From NCBI GenBank assembly GCA_025594325.1, contig JANHCV010000005.1, forward strand, positions 2,145,774 through 2,209,773: a stretch of DNA of 64,000 nt, written 5' to 3'. This DNA is from Blastocladiella emersonii ATCC 22665 (Eukaryota > Fungi > Blastocladiomycota). Shown piece by piece: positions 35,162 to 50,423 of the stretch (position 1 is its first letter; every line of letters begins with the position of its first letter). The position numbers were made by a program, and so were the translations under genes. Below the pieces are notes generated by a model. It was given only the letters and a program-made list of their open reading frames with translations. It was not told where the DNA came from and did not search any database.

Positions 35162-38021
35162 ACCCTCCACGAATCACAATATGCGCGCAATGAATTGACC
35201 GATGATATGGCCGTACCAAACCAGCCACGTAGACAATTGTCATGGTAGTCGAACAAAACCATATTCAAATCTTGGACTACCCGCTTGTCCAGCTAGCCAG
35301 GGACCCATAAATCACAGTATCGACCCAACTAAATATTTGACAGCAGAAATATAGTAAACCAACCTCGTACAAAATTGTCATGGTACTCAAACAAAACCAT
35401 ATTCAAAACCTTGACTTCCCGCATATCCAGCTGGCCAGGGACCCATAAATCACAGTATGGAACCAACAAAGTATCTGACAACAGAAATATGGTAAAACAG
35501 CTACGCGGATAATTGTCATGGTACTCAATCAAAACCATACTCAAACCTTTGCTTTCCTGCATGTCCAGCTGGCCACTGACCCATAAATCACAGTATCGGA
35601 CCAAGAAAATATCTGACCATGGAAATATAGTATACCAGCCACCTAGGTAATTGTCATGGCACTCAAACAAAACCATAGTCAAGTCTTTGACTATCCACAT
35701 GTCCAGCTGATTGAGGACCCATGAATCGTAACGTCAAAGCAACAATATATCTCACCATGGAAGTATAGTAAACCAGCCACTCTGGCAATTGTCATGGTAC
35801 TCAAACAAAACCATACTCAAATCTATGACTTCCCACATGTCCAGCAGGTTGGACACCCATAAATCACAGTATCAAACCAACAAAATATCAGACCACAGGA
35901 GTATATAAAACCGACCACGTAGGTAATTGTCTTGGTACTCAAACAAAACCATATTCAAATCTTTCAATTCCCGCTTGTCCAGCTAGCCAGGGACCCATAA
36001 ATCACAGGATCACAGCAACAAAGTATCTGACAACAGAAATATGGTACACCAGCCACGTAGATAATTGTCATGGTACTCAAACAAAACCATACTCAAATCT
36101 TCGAGTGCCCCATGTCCAGGTGGGCAAGGGCCTATAAATCACAGTATTGAACCAAGAAAATACCTGACGATCGGGATGTATCAAACCCGCCACGCTGATA
36201 CTTGTCGTGGTACTCAAACATAACCATACTCAGCCAAATCTTTGAATACCCTCACGTCCAGGTGGGCAAGGAACCAAAGCGCCAGATATTCAAATCTACC
36301 GCTTTGTGCACACTCCACTAGCCAACTCTTCGATCCACTAATTATGGAGCCCGTCGTCAAAGTACACTGTCCAATCAACTAAGTAAACAGCCAACCTGCC
36401 AGCCTGCCAGCCTGCCAGCCTGCCAGCCTGCCAACCTGCCAACCTGCCAACCTGCCGCCTTGCCTACCTGCTATCCGAACACCCACACCGCCTCGCAAGT
36501 CATTGGGGGCCCGCGCTCTCTGGTTGCCGTCCCAGCCAACAAAGGAATGAATGATGAGCCCTGGCAGCCTGGCAGCCTGCCACACTGACAGCCTGACTGA
36601 CAGCGCCCACCCAGTAGATATTATCTATCTCGTAGGTAGTCTGGGAGGACTTCGTTAGTCAATACACGACCAGTCTCCTCCTGGCTGCCGGCTCTGCTGT
36701 CCACTCCAAGTCCTGCATGATGATGGGCCAAGGAGGGTTCCGAGCAGCTCCTCTGTCTACCCGCGTGAAACCACTCACCCGCTGACGGATGTATACCACG
36801 CACCGTGCAGCGCGCACAGCACACAGCGCCCGACGCACCACGCGGTGCGCACACGGCGCAAACGGCCACCCTGGTGTCACACACACTCGCATGAACGGCA
36901 GGCATGCAAGGCGTCCGTCCTCAACTCAACAATGATTTATCATCCAGGCTTACTACTCGCTCCAACGGGTGCGCCTGCCTGCCCTCCCAGTGCCGTTGAT
37001 TGATTGATGGGTGCGCCAGCCCCTGTTGCCAGCCACGTGGCAAGCAACACCTCAGCACCTGCGTCGCCCTGGCCACCGTCCGTACCTTGCAAACAGCGTA
37101 GCAGCCGTACTGCTTCACAGGGCTGCAGAGGGCTGGCTGCGGAGGGCTGAGGCGGCAGGGCTCCTCCTGCAGGAAGGAGACAGTGCTGGGGCCAAGGAGT
37201 GCTAGGGACGACAAACTGAATGGTGAATGACCAGACCAACACACCACATGCTCCTGGCAGGAGTGCGTGTGGGCGTGCGGGCCCGTGTCCGTGCGTGCCT
37301 GTGTCTGTGCGTGCCTGGATTAGACCTCCATCACAAGCGCCAAGTGACCAAGTGACCAAGTGACAAAGTGACCAAGGTGACCAAGGTGACCAAGGTGACC
37401 AAGGTGACCAGGGTGACCAAGGTGACCAAGTGACACACAAGCACCAAGCTAGGGTGGCCGGGCGGCCATGGACCGTACTGCATGGGTACCATTACCGTGG
37501 ACTGGCCGCGGCCATTTATTGCAGCACAGCCCTGCCTGGCTCAGGACGCGGCGGGCGTGGGAGGCGGGCAGGGTAGATAGGTAGCAGCAGCAGGACCTGG
37601 CTAGCTGGCTGTCAAACAACACGAGTGAAGGGGTGCGTGAGGGAGGGTGTGTTGAACGAATGGATGGGTGGATGCAGGCAGACCTTCATACGTGTCGTGC
37701 GTGATGAGGATTGGTTGGCCACCATCCACCAACGCCATGGCATGGCTGCGGGTGTCGCTGCGTGCGCCTTGGCGGGTGGTGGTGTTGGTGGGTGGTGTTG
37801 GTGGGTGCTGTGGTGGTAGTGGAGCTAAAGTGGTGTTGTGGGGCTCCTGGGGTCCCCTTCCCTTCCTGTCTGGCCTAGGTGGGTGGGTGGGCGGACGTAG
37901 CGCGCATGCGGGCGGGCAAGGTAGGAACGTTGCTCACGCAATGGATCATGTATTTTATGGAACGTAGTCTGCACAGCAGAGAGGGGGATGTCCGGCCCAA
38001 TCGGACCCTCCACGAATCACA

Positions 38022-39271
38022 CCGCGCCGCCGCCTCTGTTGCCGCCGCGGCCGCCGCTAAACGACCAATCGAATCTTCTACTACACCACCAACACCACCA
38101 CCACCACCCGCTACGCTTTCTCCTGTCCATGGCGAGGACCTCAGCACTCCCGGCTACGCCATGGTCGGCGAGTCCGTTGCTGGCGCGACGCGGTCCCTTG
38201 CCTCGTTCGGCCGTCGCCTCCTCGCCTCCATCTGGCGCGACCCCGCCGCTCTGTCTCGCCTCGCCGGCTGCGTTGTACGCGCCCGCGACGTCGCCTTCGC
38301 CTCCCGCTCACTCCAACTCGACCGCGACCTCGCTCGACCCGTCCTCGCGGCCATCACGTCCGTCGCCTCCCGATCCCTCTGGCGCGGCGCCTGGCTCTCT
38401 CACTCCGCTGGCTGCGCCGAGGCCGACCCACTCGATTCTTCTGAAGCTCCGCCGCGCGAGCCGCGTGAGCGGGCCCGCCGCCCATTTGGCCAGCCCATTG
38501 CCACACTCAAGTTCATCAACCGCCACCACTACTGCTCTCGCTGTCTGAGCTCGCTCCATTCCCACGTCCCCAACCCGTCTGGGCGTGAAGAAGACCCGCC
38601 AGTGTGCCCGCCGTCCACCGCGGCCCAAGCGGCTCTTGTTGCAGATCCCTCCGTCCGACTTTGGCTGCTCGGTTCCCCAAGGCACATTCGGTGATGTGAC
38701 TAGACCAAGGATCGGCGCAGTCGACGCAAGTCCAGTAGCACCAGGTGTTTGCGCGCGGTACTGACCCATCCACTTTCTCTCGTTCTGACGACGATGAAAC
38801 GCATGATCCGCCACTGAATGGCGCTGACGCACAAAAGAAAACGAAGGAGAAAAACAAAAAGAAAAGAAACGCAAAAAGAAGAATGTCCGCACAAAAAGAT
38901 GGAAAAACATCTGACGAACCTCACAGGCCATGCCCAAGACCACAGCACTGCCACTGGTCCATTGGCATGTCCTCGCGCTCTAGTTGGTCACGCCAGCTTG
39001 TCTCTCTGCTCGGTCTCTCTTTACTGCGTTTCGTTCGCTCTCTTAGCTCGCTGCTCGAGCTCGCTCTCTCTTCGCCTCGTTCGCCCATCTCTCTCGTACT
39101 CCCCTCTCCTCCCACAATTCTTCCCCCTATGCTCCTCGACGTGCACGGTCCGGGCTTGTCGTACTGCGGCTTGCCCACAAAAGGGCTGCTGCCCGTTGCA
39201 CAGTGGATATTCTGCTTGCAGTTCACAACCGCTGTTAAGGAATAAATGCATTGGTTCCAAAAAAAAAAGAA
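38022..39271 (+). mobile_element. Retro-insertion copy, unit 10
   Basis: Same TSDs and junctions; A10. Confidence 0.8.
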
Positions 39272-42203
39272 ACCCTCCACGAATCACAATATGCGCGCAA
39301 TGAATTGACCGATGATATGGCCGTACCAAACCAGCCACGTAGACAATTGTCATGGTAGTCGAACAAAACCATATTCAAATCTTGGACTACCCGCTTGTCC
39401 AGCTAGCCAGGGACCCATAAATCACAGTATCGACCCAACTAAATATTTGACAGCAGAAAAATAGTAAACCAACCTCGTACAAAATTGTCATGGTACTCAA
39501 ACAAAACCATATTCAAAACCTTGACTTCCCGCATATCCAGCTGGCCAGGGACCCATAAATCACAGTATGGAACCAACAAAGTATCTGACAACAGAAATAT
39601 GGTAAAACAGCTACGCGGATAATTGTCATGGTACTCAATCAAAACCATACTCAAACCTTTGCTTTCCTGCATGTCCAGCTGGCCACTGACCCATAAATCA
39701 CAGTATCGGACCAAGAAAATATCTGACCATGGAAATATAGTATACCAGCCACCTAGGTAATTGTCATGGCACTCAAACAAAACCATAGTCAAGTCTTTGA
39801 CTATCCACATGTCCAGCTGATTGAGGACCCATGAATCGTAACGTCAAAGCAACAATATATCTCACCATGGAAGTATAGTAAACCAGCCACTCTGGCAATT
39901 GTCATGGTACTCAAACAAAACCATACTCAAATCTATGACTTCCCACATGTCCAGCAGGTTGGACACCCATAAATCACAGTATCAAACCAACAAAATATCA
40001 GACCACAGGAGTATATAAAACCGACCACGTAGGTAATTGTCTTGGTACTCAAACAAAACCATATTCAAATCTTTCAATTCCCGCTTGTCCAGCTAGCCAG
40101 GGACCCATAAATCACAGGATCACAGCAACAAAGTATCTGACAACAGAAATATGGTACACCAGCCACGTAGATAATTGTCATGGTACTCAAACAAAACCAT
40201 ACTCAAATCTTCGAGTGCCCCATGTCCAGGTGGGCAAGGGCCTATAAATCACAGTATTGAACCAAGAAAATACCTGACGATCGGGATGTATCAAACCCGC
40301 CACGCTGATACTTGTCGTGGTACTCAAACATAACCATACTCAGCCAAATCTTTGAATACCCTCACGTCCAGGTGGGCAAGGAACCAAAGCGCCAGATATT
40401 CAAATCTACCGCTTTGTGCACACTCCACTAGCCAACTCTTCGATCCACTAATTATGGAGCCCGTCGTCAAAGTACACTGTCCAATCAACTAAGTAAACAG
40501 CCAACCTGCCAGCCTGCCAGCCTGCCAGCCTGCCAGCCTGCCAGCCTGCCAGCCTGCCAGCCTGCCAGCCTGCCAGCCTGCCAGCCTGCCAGCCTGCCAG
40601 CCTGCCAGCCTGCCAACCTGCCAACCTGCCAACCTGCCGCCTTGCCTACCTGCTATCCGAACACCCACACCGCCTCGCAAGTCATTGGGGGCCCGCGCTC
40701 TCTGGTTGCCGTCCCAGCCAACAAAGGAATGAATGATGAGCCCTGGCAGCCTGGCAGCCTGCCACACTGACAGCCTGACTGACAGCGCCCACCCAGTAGA
40801 TATTATCTATCTCGTAGGTAGTCTGGGAGGACTTCGTTAGTCAATACACGACCAGTCTCCTCCTGGCTGCCGGCTCTGCTGTCCACTCCAAGTCCTGCAT
40901 GATGATGGGCCAAGGAGGGTTCCGAGCAGCTCCTCTGTCTACCCGCGTGAAACCACTCACCCGCTGACGGATGTATACCACGCACCGTGCAGCGCGCACA
41001 GCACACAGCGCCCGACGCACCACGCGGTGCGCACACGGCGCAAACGGCCACCCTGGTGTCACACACACTCGCATGAACGGCAGGCATGCAAGGCGTCCGT
41101 CCTCAACTCAACAATGATTTATCATCCAGGCTTACTACTCGCTCCAACGGGTGCGCCTGCCTGCCCTCCCAGTGCCGTTGATTGATTGATGGGTGCGCCA
41201 GCCCCTGTTGCCAGCCACGTGGCAAGCAACACCTCAGCACCTGCGTCGCCCTGGCCACCGTCCGTACCTTGCAAACAGCGTAGCAGCCGTACTGCTTCAC
41301 AGGGCTGCAGAGGGCTGGCTGCGGAGGGCTGAGGCGGCAGGGCTCCTCCTGCAGGAAGGAGACAGTGCTGGGGCCAAGGAGTGCTAGGGACGACAAACTG
41401 AATGGTGAATGACCAGACCAACACACCACATGCTCCTGGCAGGAGTGCGTGTGGGCGTGCGGGCCCGTGTCCGTGCGTGCCTGTGTCTGTGCGTGCCTGG
41501 ATTAGACCTCCATCACAAGCGCCAAGTGACCAAGTGACCAAGTGACAAAGTGACCAAGGTGACCAAGGTGACCAAGGTGACCAAGGTGACCAGGGTGACC
41601 AAGGTGACCAAGTGACACACAAGCACCAAGCTAGGGTGGCCGGGCGGCCATGGACCGTACTGCATGGGTACCATTACCGTGGACTGGCCGCGGCCATTTA
41701 TTGCAGCACAGCCCTGCCTGGCTCAGGACGCGGCGGGCGTGGGAGGCGGGCAGGGTAGATAGGTAGCAGCAGCAGGACCTGGCTAGCTGGCTGTCAAACA
41801 ACACGAGTGAAGGGGTGCGTGAGGGAGGGTGTGTTGAACGAATGGATGGGTGGATGCAGGCAGACCTTCATACGTGTCGTGCGTGATGAGGATTGGTTGG
41901 CCACCATCCACCAACGCCATGGCATGGCTGCGGGTGTCGCTGCGTGCGCCTTGGCGGGTGGTGGTGTTGGTGGGTGGTGTTGGTGGGTGCTGTGGTGGTA
42001 GTGGAGCTAAAGTGGTGTTGTGGGGCTCCTGGGGTCCCCTTCCCTTCCTGTCTGGCCTAGGTGGGTGGGTGGGCGGACGTAGCGCGCATGCGGGCGGGCA
42101 AGGTAGGAACGTTGCTCACGCAATGGATCATGTATTTTATGGAACGTAGTCTGCACAGCAGAGAGGGGGATGTCCGGCCCAATCGGACCCTCCACGAATC
42201 ACA

Positions 42204-43453
42204 CCGCGCCGCCGCCTCTGTTGCCGCCGCGGCCGCCGCTAAACGACCAATCGAATCTTCTACTACACCACCAACACCACCACCACCACCCGCTACGCTT
42301 TCTCCTGTCCATGGCGAGGACCTCAGCACTCCCGGCTACGCCATGGTCGGCGAGTCCGTTGCTGGCGCGACGCGGTCCCTTGCCTCGTTCGGCCGTCGCC
42401 TCCTCGCCTCCATCTGGCGCGACCCCGCCGCTCTGTCTCGCCTCGCCGGCTGCGTTGTACGCGCCCGCGACGTCGCCTTCGCCTCCCGCTCACTCCAACT
42501 CGACCGCGACCTCGCTCGACCCGTCCTCGCGGCCATCACGTCCGTCGCCTCCCGATCCCTCTGGCGCGGCGCCTGGCTCTCTCACTCCGCTGGCTGCGCC
42601 GAGGCCGACCCACTCGATTCTTCTGAAGCTCCGCCGCGCGAGCCGCGTGAGCGGGCCCGCCGCCCATTTGGCCAGCCCATTGCCACACTCAAGTTCATCA
42701 ACCGCCACCACTACTGCTCTCGCTGTCTGAGCTCGCTCCATTCCCACGTCCCCAACCCGTCTGGGCGTGAAGAAGACCCGCCAGTGTGCCCGCCGTCCAC
42801 CGCGGCCCAAGCGGCTCTTGTTGCAGATCCCTCCGTCCGACTTTGGCTGCTCGGTTCCCCAAGGCACATTCGGTGATGTGACTAGACCAAGGATCGGCGC
42901 AGTCGACGCAAGTCCAGTAGCACCAGGTGTTTGCGCGCGGTACTGACCCATCCACTTTCTCTCGTTCTGACGACGATGAAACGCATGATCCGCCACTGAA
43001 TGGCGCTGACGCACAAAAGAAAACGAAGGAGAAAAACAAAAAGAAAAGAAACGCAAAAAGAAGAATGTCCGCACAAAAAGATGGAAAAACATCTGACGAA
43101 CCTCACAGGCCATGCCCAAGACCACAGCACTGCCACTGGTCCATTGGCATGTCCTCGCGCTCTAGTTGGTCACGCCAGCTTGTCTCTCTGCTCGGTCTCT
43201 CTTTACTGCGTTTCGTTCGCTCTCTTAGCTCGCTGCTCGAGCTCGCTCTCTCTTCGCCTCGTTCGCCCATCTCTCTCGTACTCCCCTCTCCTCCCACAAT
43301 TCTTCCCCCTATGCTCCTCGACGTGCACGGTCCGGGCTTGTCGTACTGCGGCTTGCCCACAAAAGGGCTGCTGCCCGTTGCACAGTGGATATTCTGCTTG
43401 CAGTTCACAACCGCTGTTAAGGAATAAATGCATTGGTTCCAAAAAAAAAAGAA
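42204..43453 (+). mobile_element. Retro-insertion copy, unit 11
   Basis: Same TSDs and junctions; A10. Confidence 0.8.
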
Positions 43454-46313
43454 ACCCTCCACGAATCACAATATGCACGCAATGAATTGACCGATGATAT
43501 GGCCGTACCAAACCAGCCACGTAGACAATTGTCATGGTAGTCGAACAAAACCATATTCAAATCTTGGACTACCCGCTTGTCCAGCTAGCCAGGGACCCAT
43601 AAATCACAGTATCGACCCAACTAAATATTTGACAGCAGAAAAATAGTAAACCAACCTCGTACAAAATTGTCATGGTACTCAAACAAAACCATATTCAAAA
43701 CCTTGACTTCCCGCATATCCAGCTGGCCAGGGACCCATAAATCACAGTATGGAACCAACAAAGTATCTGACAACAGAAATATGGTAAAACAGCTACGCGG
43801 ATAATTGTCATGGTACTCAATCAAAACCATACTCAAACCTTTGCTTTCCTGCATGTCCAGCTGGCCACTGACCCATAAATCACAGTATCGGACCAAGAAA
43901 ATATCTGACCATGGAAATATAGTATACCAGCCACCTAGGTAATTGTCATGGCACTCAAACAAAACCATAGTCAAGTCTTTGACTATCCACATGTCCAGCT
44001 GATTGAGGACCCATGAATCGTAACGTCAAAGCAACAATATATCTCACCATGGAAGTATAGTAAACCAGCCACTCTGGCAATTGTCATGGTACTCAAACAA
44101 AACCATACTCAAATCTATGACTTCCCACATGTCCAGCAGGTTGGACACCCATAAATCACAGTATCAAACCAACAAAATATCAGACCACAGGAGTATATAA
44201 AACCGACCACGTAGGTAATTGTCTTGGTACTCAAACAAAACCATATTCAAATCTTTCAATTCCCGCTTGTCCAGCTAGCCAGGGACCCATAAATCACAGG
44301 ATCACAGCAACAAAGTATCTGACAACAGAAATATGGTACACCAGCCACGTAGATAATTGTCATGGTACTCAAACAAAACCATACTCAAATCTTCGAGTGC
44401 CCCATGTCCAGGTGGGCAAGGGCCTATAAATCACAGTATTGAACCAAGAAAATACCTGACGATCGGGATGTATCAAACCCGCCACGCTGATACTTGTCGT
44501 GGTACTCAAACATAACCATACTCAGCCAAATCTTTGAATACCCTCACGTCCAGGTGGGCAAGGAACCAAAGCGCCAGATATTCAAATCTACCGCTTTGTG
44601 CACACTCCACTAGCCAACTCTTCGATCCACTAATTATGGAGCCCGTCGTCAAAGTACACTGTCCAATCAACTAAGTAAACAGCCAACCTGCCAGCCTGCC
44701 AGCCTGCCAGCCTGCCAGCCTGCCAACCTGCCAACCTGCCAACCTGCCGCCTTGCCTACCTGCTATCCGAACACCCACACCGCCTCGCAAGTCATTGGGG
44801 GCCCGCGCTCTCTGGTTGCCGTCCCAGCCAACAAAGGAATGAATGATGAGCCCTGGCAGCCTGGCAGCCTGCCACACTGACAGCCTGACTGACAGCGCCC
44901 ACCCAGTAGATATTATCTATCTCGTAGGTAGTCTGGGAGGACTTCGTTAGTCAATACACGACCAGTCTCCTCCTGGCTGCCGGCTCTGCTGTCCACTCCA
45001 AGTCCTGCATGATGATGGGCCAAGGAGGGTTCCGAGCAGCTCCTCTGTCTACCCGCGTGAAACCACTCACCCGCTGACGGATGTATACCACGCACCGTGC
45101 AGCGCGCACAGCACACAGCGCCCGACGCACCACGCGGTGCGCACACGGCGCAAACGGCCACCCTGGTGTCACACACACTCGCATGAACGGCAGGCATGCA
45201 AGGCGTCCGTCCTCAACTCAACAATGATTTATCATCCAGGCTTACTACTCGCTCCAACGGGTGCGCCTGCCTGCCCTCCCAGTGCCGTTGATTGATTGAT
45301 GGGTGCGCCAGCCCCTGTTGCCAGCCACGTGGCAAGCAACACCTCAGCACCTGCGTCGCCCTGGCCACCGTCCGTACCTTGCAAACAGCGTAGCAGCCGT
45401 ACTGCTTCACAGGGCTGCAGAGGGCTGGCTGCGGAGGGCTGAGGCGGCAGGGCTCCTCCTGCAGGAAGGAGACAGTGCTGGGGCCAAGGAGTGCTAGGGA
45501 CGACAAACTGAATGGTGAATGACCAGACCAACACACCACATGCTCCTGGCAGGAGTGCGTGTGGGCGTGCGGGCCCGTGTCCGTGCGTGCCTGTGTCTGT
45601 GCGTGCCTGGATTAGACCTCCATCACAAGCGCCAAGTGACCAAGTGACCAAGTGACAAAGTGACCAAGGTGACCAAGGTGACCAAGGTGACCAAGGTGAC
45701 CAGGGTGACCAAGGTGACCAAGTGACACACAAGCACCAAGCTAGGGTGGCCGGGCGGCCATGGACCGTACTGCATGGGTACCATTACCGTGGACTGGCCG
45801 CGGCCATTTATTGCAGCACAGCCCTGCCTGGCTCAGGACGCGGCGGGCGTGGGAGGCGGGCAGGGTAGATAGGTAGCAGCAGCAGGACCTGGCTAGCTGG
45901 CTGTCAAACAACACGAGTGAAGGGGTGCGTGAGGGAGGGTGTGTTGAACGAATGGATGGGTGGATGCAGGCAGACCTTCATACGTGTCGTGCGTGATGAG
46001 GATTGGTTGGCCACCATCCACCAACGCCATGGCATGGCTGCGGGTGTCGCTGCGTGCGCCTTGGCGGGTGGTGGTGTTGGTGGGTGGTGTTGGTGGGTGC
46101 TGTGGTGGTAGTGGAGCTAAAGTGGTGTTGTGGGGCTCCTGGGGTCCCCTTCCCTTCCTGTCTGGCCTAGGTGGGTGGGTGGGCGGACGTAGCGCGCATG
46201 CGGGCGGGCAAGGTAGGAACGTTGCTCACGCAATGGATCATGTATTTTATGGAACGTAGTCTGCACAGCAGAGAGGGGGATGTCCGGCCCAATCGGACCC
46301 TCCACGAATCACA

Positions 46314-47563
46314 CCGCGCCGCCGCCTCTGTTGCCGCCGCGGCCGCCGCTAAACGACCAATCGAATCTTCTACTACACCACCAACACCACCACCACCACC
46401 CGCTACGCTTTCTCCTGTCCATGGCGAGGACCTCAGCACTCCCGGCTACGCCATGGTCGGCGAGTCCGTTGCTGGCGCGACGCGGTCCCTTGCCTCGTTC
46501 GGCCGTCGCCTCCTCGCCTCCATCTGGCGCGACCCCGCCGCTCTGTCTCGCCTCGCCGGCTGCGTTGTACGCGCCCGCGACGTCGCCTTCGCCTCCCGCT
46601 CACTCCAACTCGACCGCGACCTCGCTCGACCCGTCCTCGCGGCCATCACGTCCGTCGCCTCCCGATCCCTCTGGCGCGGCGCCTGGCTCTCTCACTCCGC
46701 TGGCTGCGCCGAGGCCGACCCACTCGATTCTTCTGAAGCTCCGCCGCGCGAGCCGCGTGAGCGGGCCCGCCGCCCATTTGGCCAGCCCATTGCCACACTC
46801 AAGTTCATCAACCGCCACCACTACTGCTCTCGCTGTCTGAGCTCGCTCCATTCCCACGTCCCCAACCCGTCTGGGCGTGAAGAAGACCCGCCAGTGTGCC
46901 CGCCGTCCACCGCGGCCCAAGCGGCTCTTGTTGCAGATCCCTCCGTCCGACTTTGGCTGCTCGGTTCCCCAAGGCACATTCGGTGATGTGACTAGACCAA
47001 GGATCGGCGCAGTCGACGCAAGTCCAGTAGCACCAGGTGTTTGCGCGCGGTACTGACCCATCCACTTTCTCTCGTTCTGACGACGATGAAACGCATGATC
47101 CGCCACTGAATGGCGCTGACGCACAAAAGAAAACGAAGGAGAAAAACAAAAAGAAAAGAAACGCAAAAAGAAGAATGTCCGCACAAAAAGATGGAAAAAC
47201 ATCTGACGAACCTCACAGGCCATGCCCAAGACCACAGCACTGCCACTGGTCCATTGGCATGTCCTCGCGCTCTAGTTGGTCACGCCAGCTTGTCTCTCTG
47301 CTCGGTCTCTCTTTACTGCGTTTCGTTCGCTCTCTTAGCTCGCTGCTCGAGCTCGCTCTCTCTTCGCCTCGTTCGCCCATCTCTCTCGTACTCCCCTCTC
47401 CTCCCACAATTCTTCCCCCTATGCTCCTCGACGTGCACGGTCCGGGCTTGTCGTACTGCGGCTTGCCCACAAAAGGGCTGCTGCCCGTTGCACAGTGGAT
47501 ATTCTGCTTGCAGTTCACAACCGCTGTTAAGGAATAAATGCATTGGTTCCAAAAAAAAAAGAA
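46314..47563 (+). mobile_element. Retro-insertion copy, unit 12
   Basis: Same TSDs and junctions; A10. Confidence 0.8.
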
Positions 47564-50423
47564 ACCCTCCACGAATCACAATATGCACGCAATGAATTGA
47601 CCGATGATATGGCCGTACCAAACCAGCCACGTAGACAATTGTCATGGTAGTCGAACAAAACCATATTCAAATCTTGGACTACCCGCTTGTCCAGCTAGCC
47701 AGGGACCCATAAATCACAGTATCGACCCAACTAAATATTTGACAGCAGAAATATAGTAAACCAACCTCGTACAAAATTGTCATGGTACTCAAACAAAACC
47801 ATATTCAAAACCTTGACTTCCCGCATATCCAGCTGGCCAGGGACCCATAAATCACAGTATGGAACCAACAAAGTATCTGACAACAGAAATATGGTAAAAC
47901 AGCTACGCGGATAATTGTCATGGTACTCAATCAAAACCATACTCAAACCTTTGCTTTCCTGCATGTCCAGCTGGCCACTGACCCATAAATCACAGTATCG
48001 GACCAAGAAAATATCTGACCATGGAAATATAGTATACCAGCCACCTAGGTAATTGTCATGGCACTCAAACAAAACCATAGTCAAGTCTTTGACTATCCAC
48101 ATGTCCAGCTGATTGAGGACCCATGAATCGTAACGTCAAAGCAACAATATATCTCACCATGGAAGTATAGTAAACCAGCCACTCTGGCAATTGTCATGGT
48201 ACTCAAACAAAACCATACTCAAATCTATGACTTCCCACATGTCCAGCAGGTTGGACACCCATAAATCACAGTATCAAACCAACAAAATATCAGACCACAG
48301 GAGTATATAAAACCGACCACGTAGGTAATTGTCTTGGTACTCAAACAAAACCATATTCAAATCTTTCAATTCCCGCTTGTCCAGCTAGCCAGGGACCCAT
48401 AAATCACAGGATCACAGCAACAAAGTATCTGACAACAGAAATATGGTACACCAGCCACGTAGATAATTGTCATGGTACTCAAACAAAACCATACTCAAAT
48501 CTTCGAGTGCCCCATGTCCAGGTGGGCAAGGGCCTATAAATCACAGTATTGAACCAAGAAAATACCTGACGATCGGGATGTATCAAACCCGCCACGCTGA
48601 TACTTGTCGTGGTACTCAAACATAACCATACTCAGCCAAATCTTTGAATACCCTCACGTCCAGGTGGGCAAGGAACCAAAGCGCCAGATATTCAAATCTA
48701 CCGCTTTGTGCACACTCCACTAGCCAACTCTTCGATCCACTAATTATGGAGCCCGTCGTCAAAGTACACTGTCCAATCAACTAAGTAAACAGCCAACCTG
48801 CCAGCCTGCCAGCCTGCCAGCCTGCCAGCCTGCCAACCTGCCAACCTGCCAACCTGCCGCCTTGCCTACCTGCTATCCGAACACCCACACCGCCTCGCAA
48901 GTCATTGGGGGCCCGCGCTCTCTGGTTGCCGTCCCAGCCAACAAAGGAATGAATGATGAGCCCTGGCAGCCTGGCAGCCTGCCACACTGACAGCCTGACT
49001 GACAGCGCCCACCCAGTAGATATTATCTATCTCGTAGGTAGTCTGGGAGGACTTCGTTAGTCAATACACGACCAGTCTCCTCCTGGCTGCCGGCTCTGCT
49101 GTCCACTCCAAGTCCTGCATGATGATGGGCCAAGGAGGGTTCCGAGCAGCTCCTCTGTCTACCCGCGTGAAACCACTCACCCGCTGACGGATGTATACCA
49201 CGCACCGTGCAGCGCGCACAGCACACAGCGCCCGACGTACCACGCGGTGCGCACACGGCGCAAACGGCCACCCTGGTGTCACACACACTCGCATGAACGG
49301 CAGGCATGCAAGGCGTCCGTCCTCAACTCAACAATGATTTATCATCCAGGCTTACTACTCGCTCCAACGGGTGCGCCTGCCTGCCCTCCCAGTGCCGTTG
49401 ATTGATTGATGGGTGCGCCAGCCCCTGTTGCCAGCCACGTGGCAAGCAACACCTCAGCACCTGCGTCGCCCTGGCCACCGTCCGTACCTTGCAAACAGCG
49501 TAGCAGCCGTACTGCTTCACAGGGCTGCAGAGGGCTGGCTGCGGAGGGCTGAGGCGGCAGGGCTCCTCCTGCAGGAAGGAGACAGTGCTGGGGCCAAGGA
49601 GTGCTAGGGACGACAAACTGAATGGTGAATGACCAGACCAACACACCACATGCTCCTGGCAGGAGTGCGTGTGGGCGTGCGGGCCCGTGTCCGTGCGTGC
49701 CTGTGTCTGTGCGTGCCTGGATTAGACCTCCATCACAAGCGCCAAGTGACCAAGTGACCAAGTGACAAAGTGACCAAGGTGACCAAGGTGACCAAGGTGA
49801 CCAAGGTGACCAGGGTGACCAAGGTGACCAAGTGACACACAAGCACCAAGCTAGGGTGGCCGGGCGGCCATGGACCGTACTGCATGGGTACCATTACCGT
49901 GGACTGGCCGCGGCCATTTATTGCAGCACAGCCCTGCCTGGCTCAGGACGCGGCGGGCGTGGGAGGCGGGCAGGGTAGATAGGTAGCAGCAGCAGGACCT
50001 GGCTAGCTGGCTGTCAAACAACACGAGTGAAGGGGTGCGTGAGGGAGGGTGTGTTGAACGAATGGATGGGTGGATGCAGGCAGACCTTCATACGTGTCGT
50101 GCGTGATGAGGATTGGTTGGCCACCATCCACCAACGCCATGGCATGGCTGCGGGTGTCGCTGCGTGCGCCTTGGCGGGTGGTGGTGTTGGTGGGTGGTGT
50201 TGGTGGGTGCTGTGGTGGTAGTGGAGCTAAAGTGGTGTTGTGGGGCTCCTGGGGTCCCCTTCCCTTCCTGTCTGGCCTAGGTGGGTGGGTGGGCGGACGT
50301 AGCGCGCATGCGGGCGGGCAAGGTAGGAACGTTGCTCACGCAATGGATCATGTATTTTATGGAACGTAGTCTGCACAGCAGAGAGGGGGATGTCCGGCCC
50401 AATCGGACCCTCCACGAATCACA

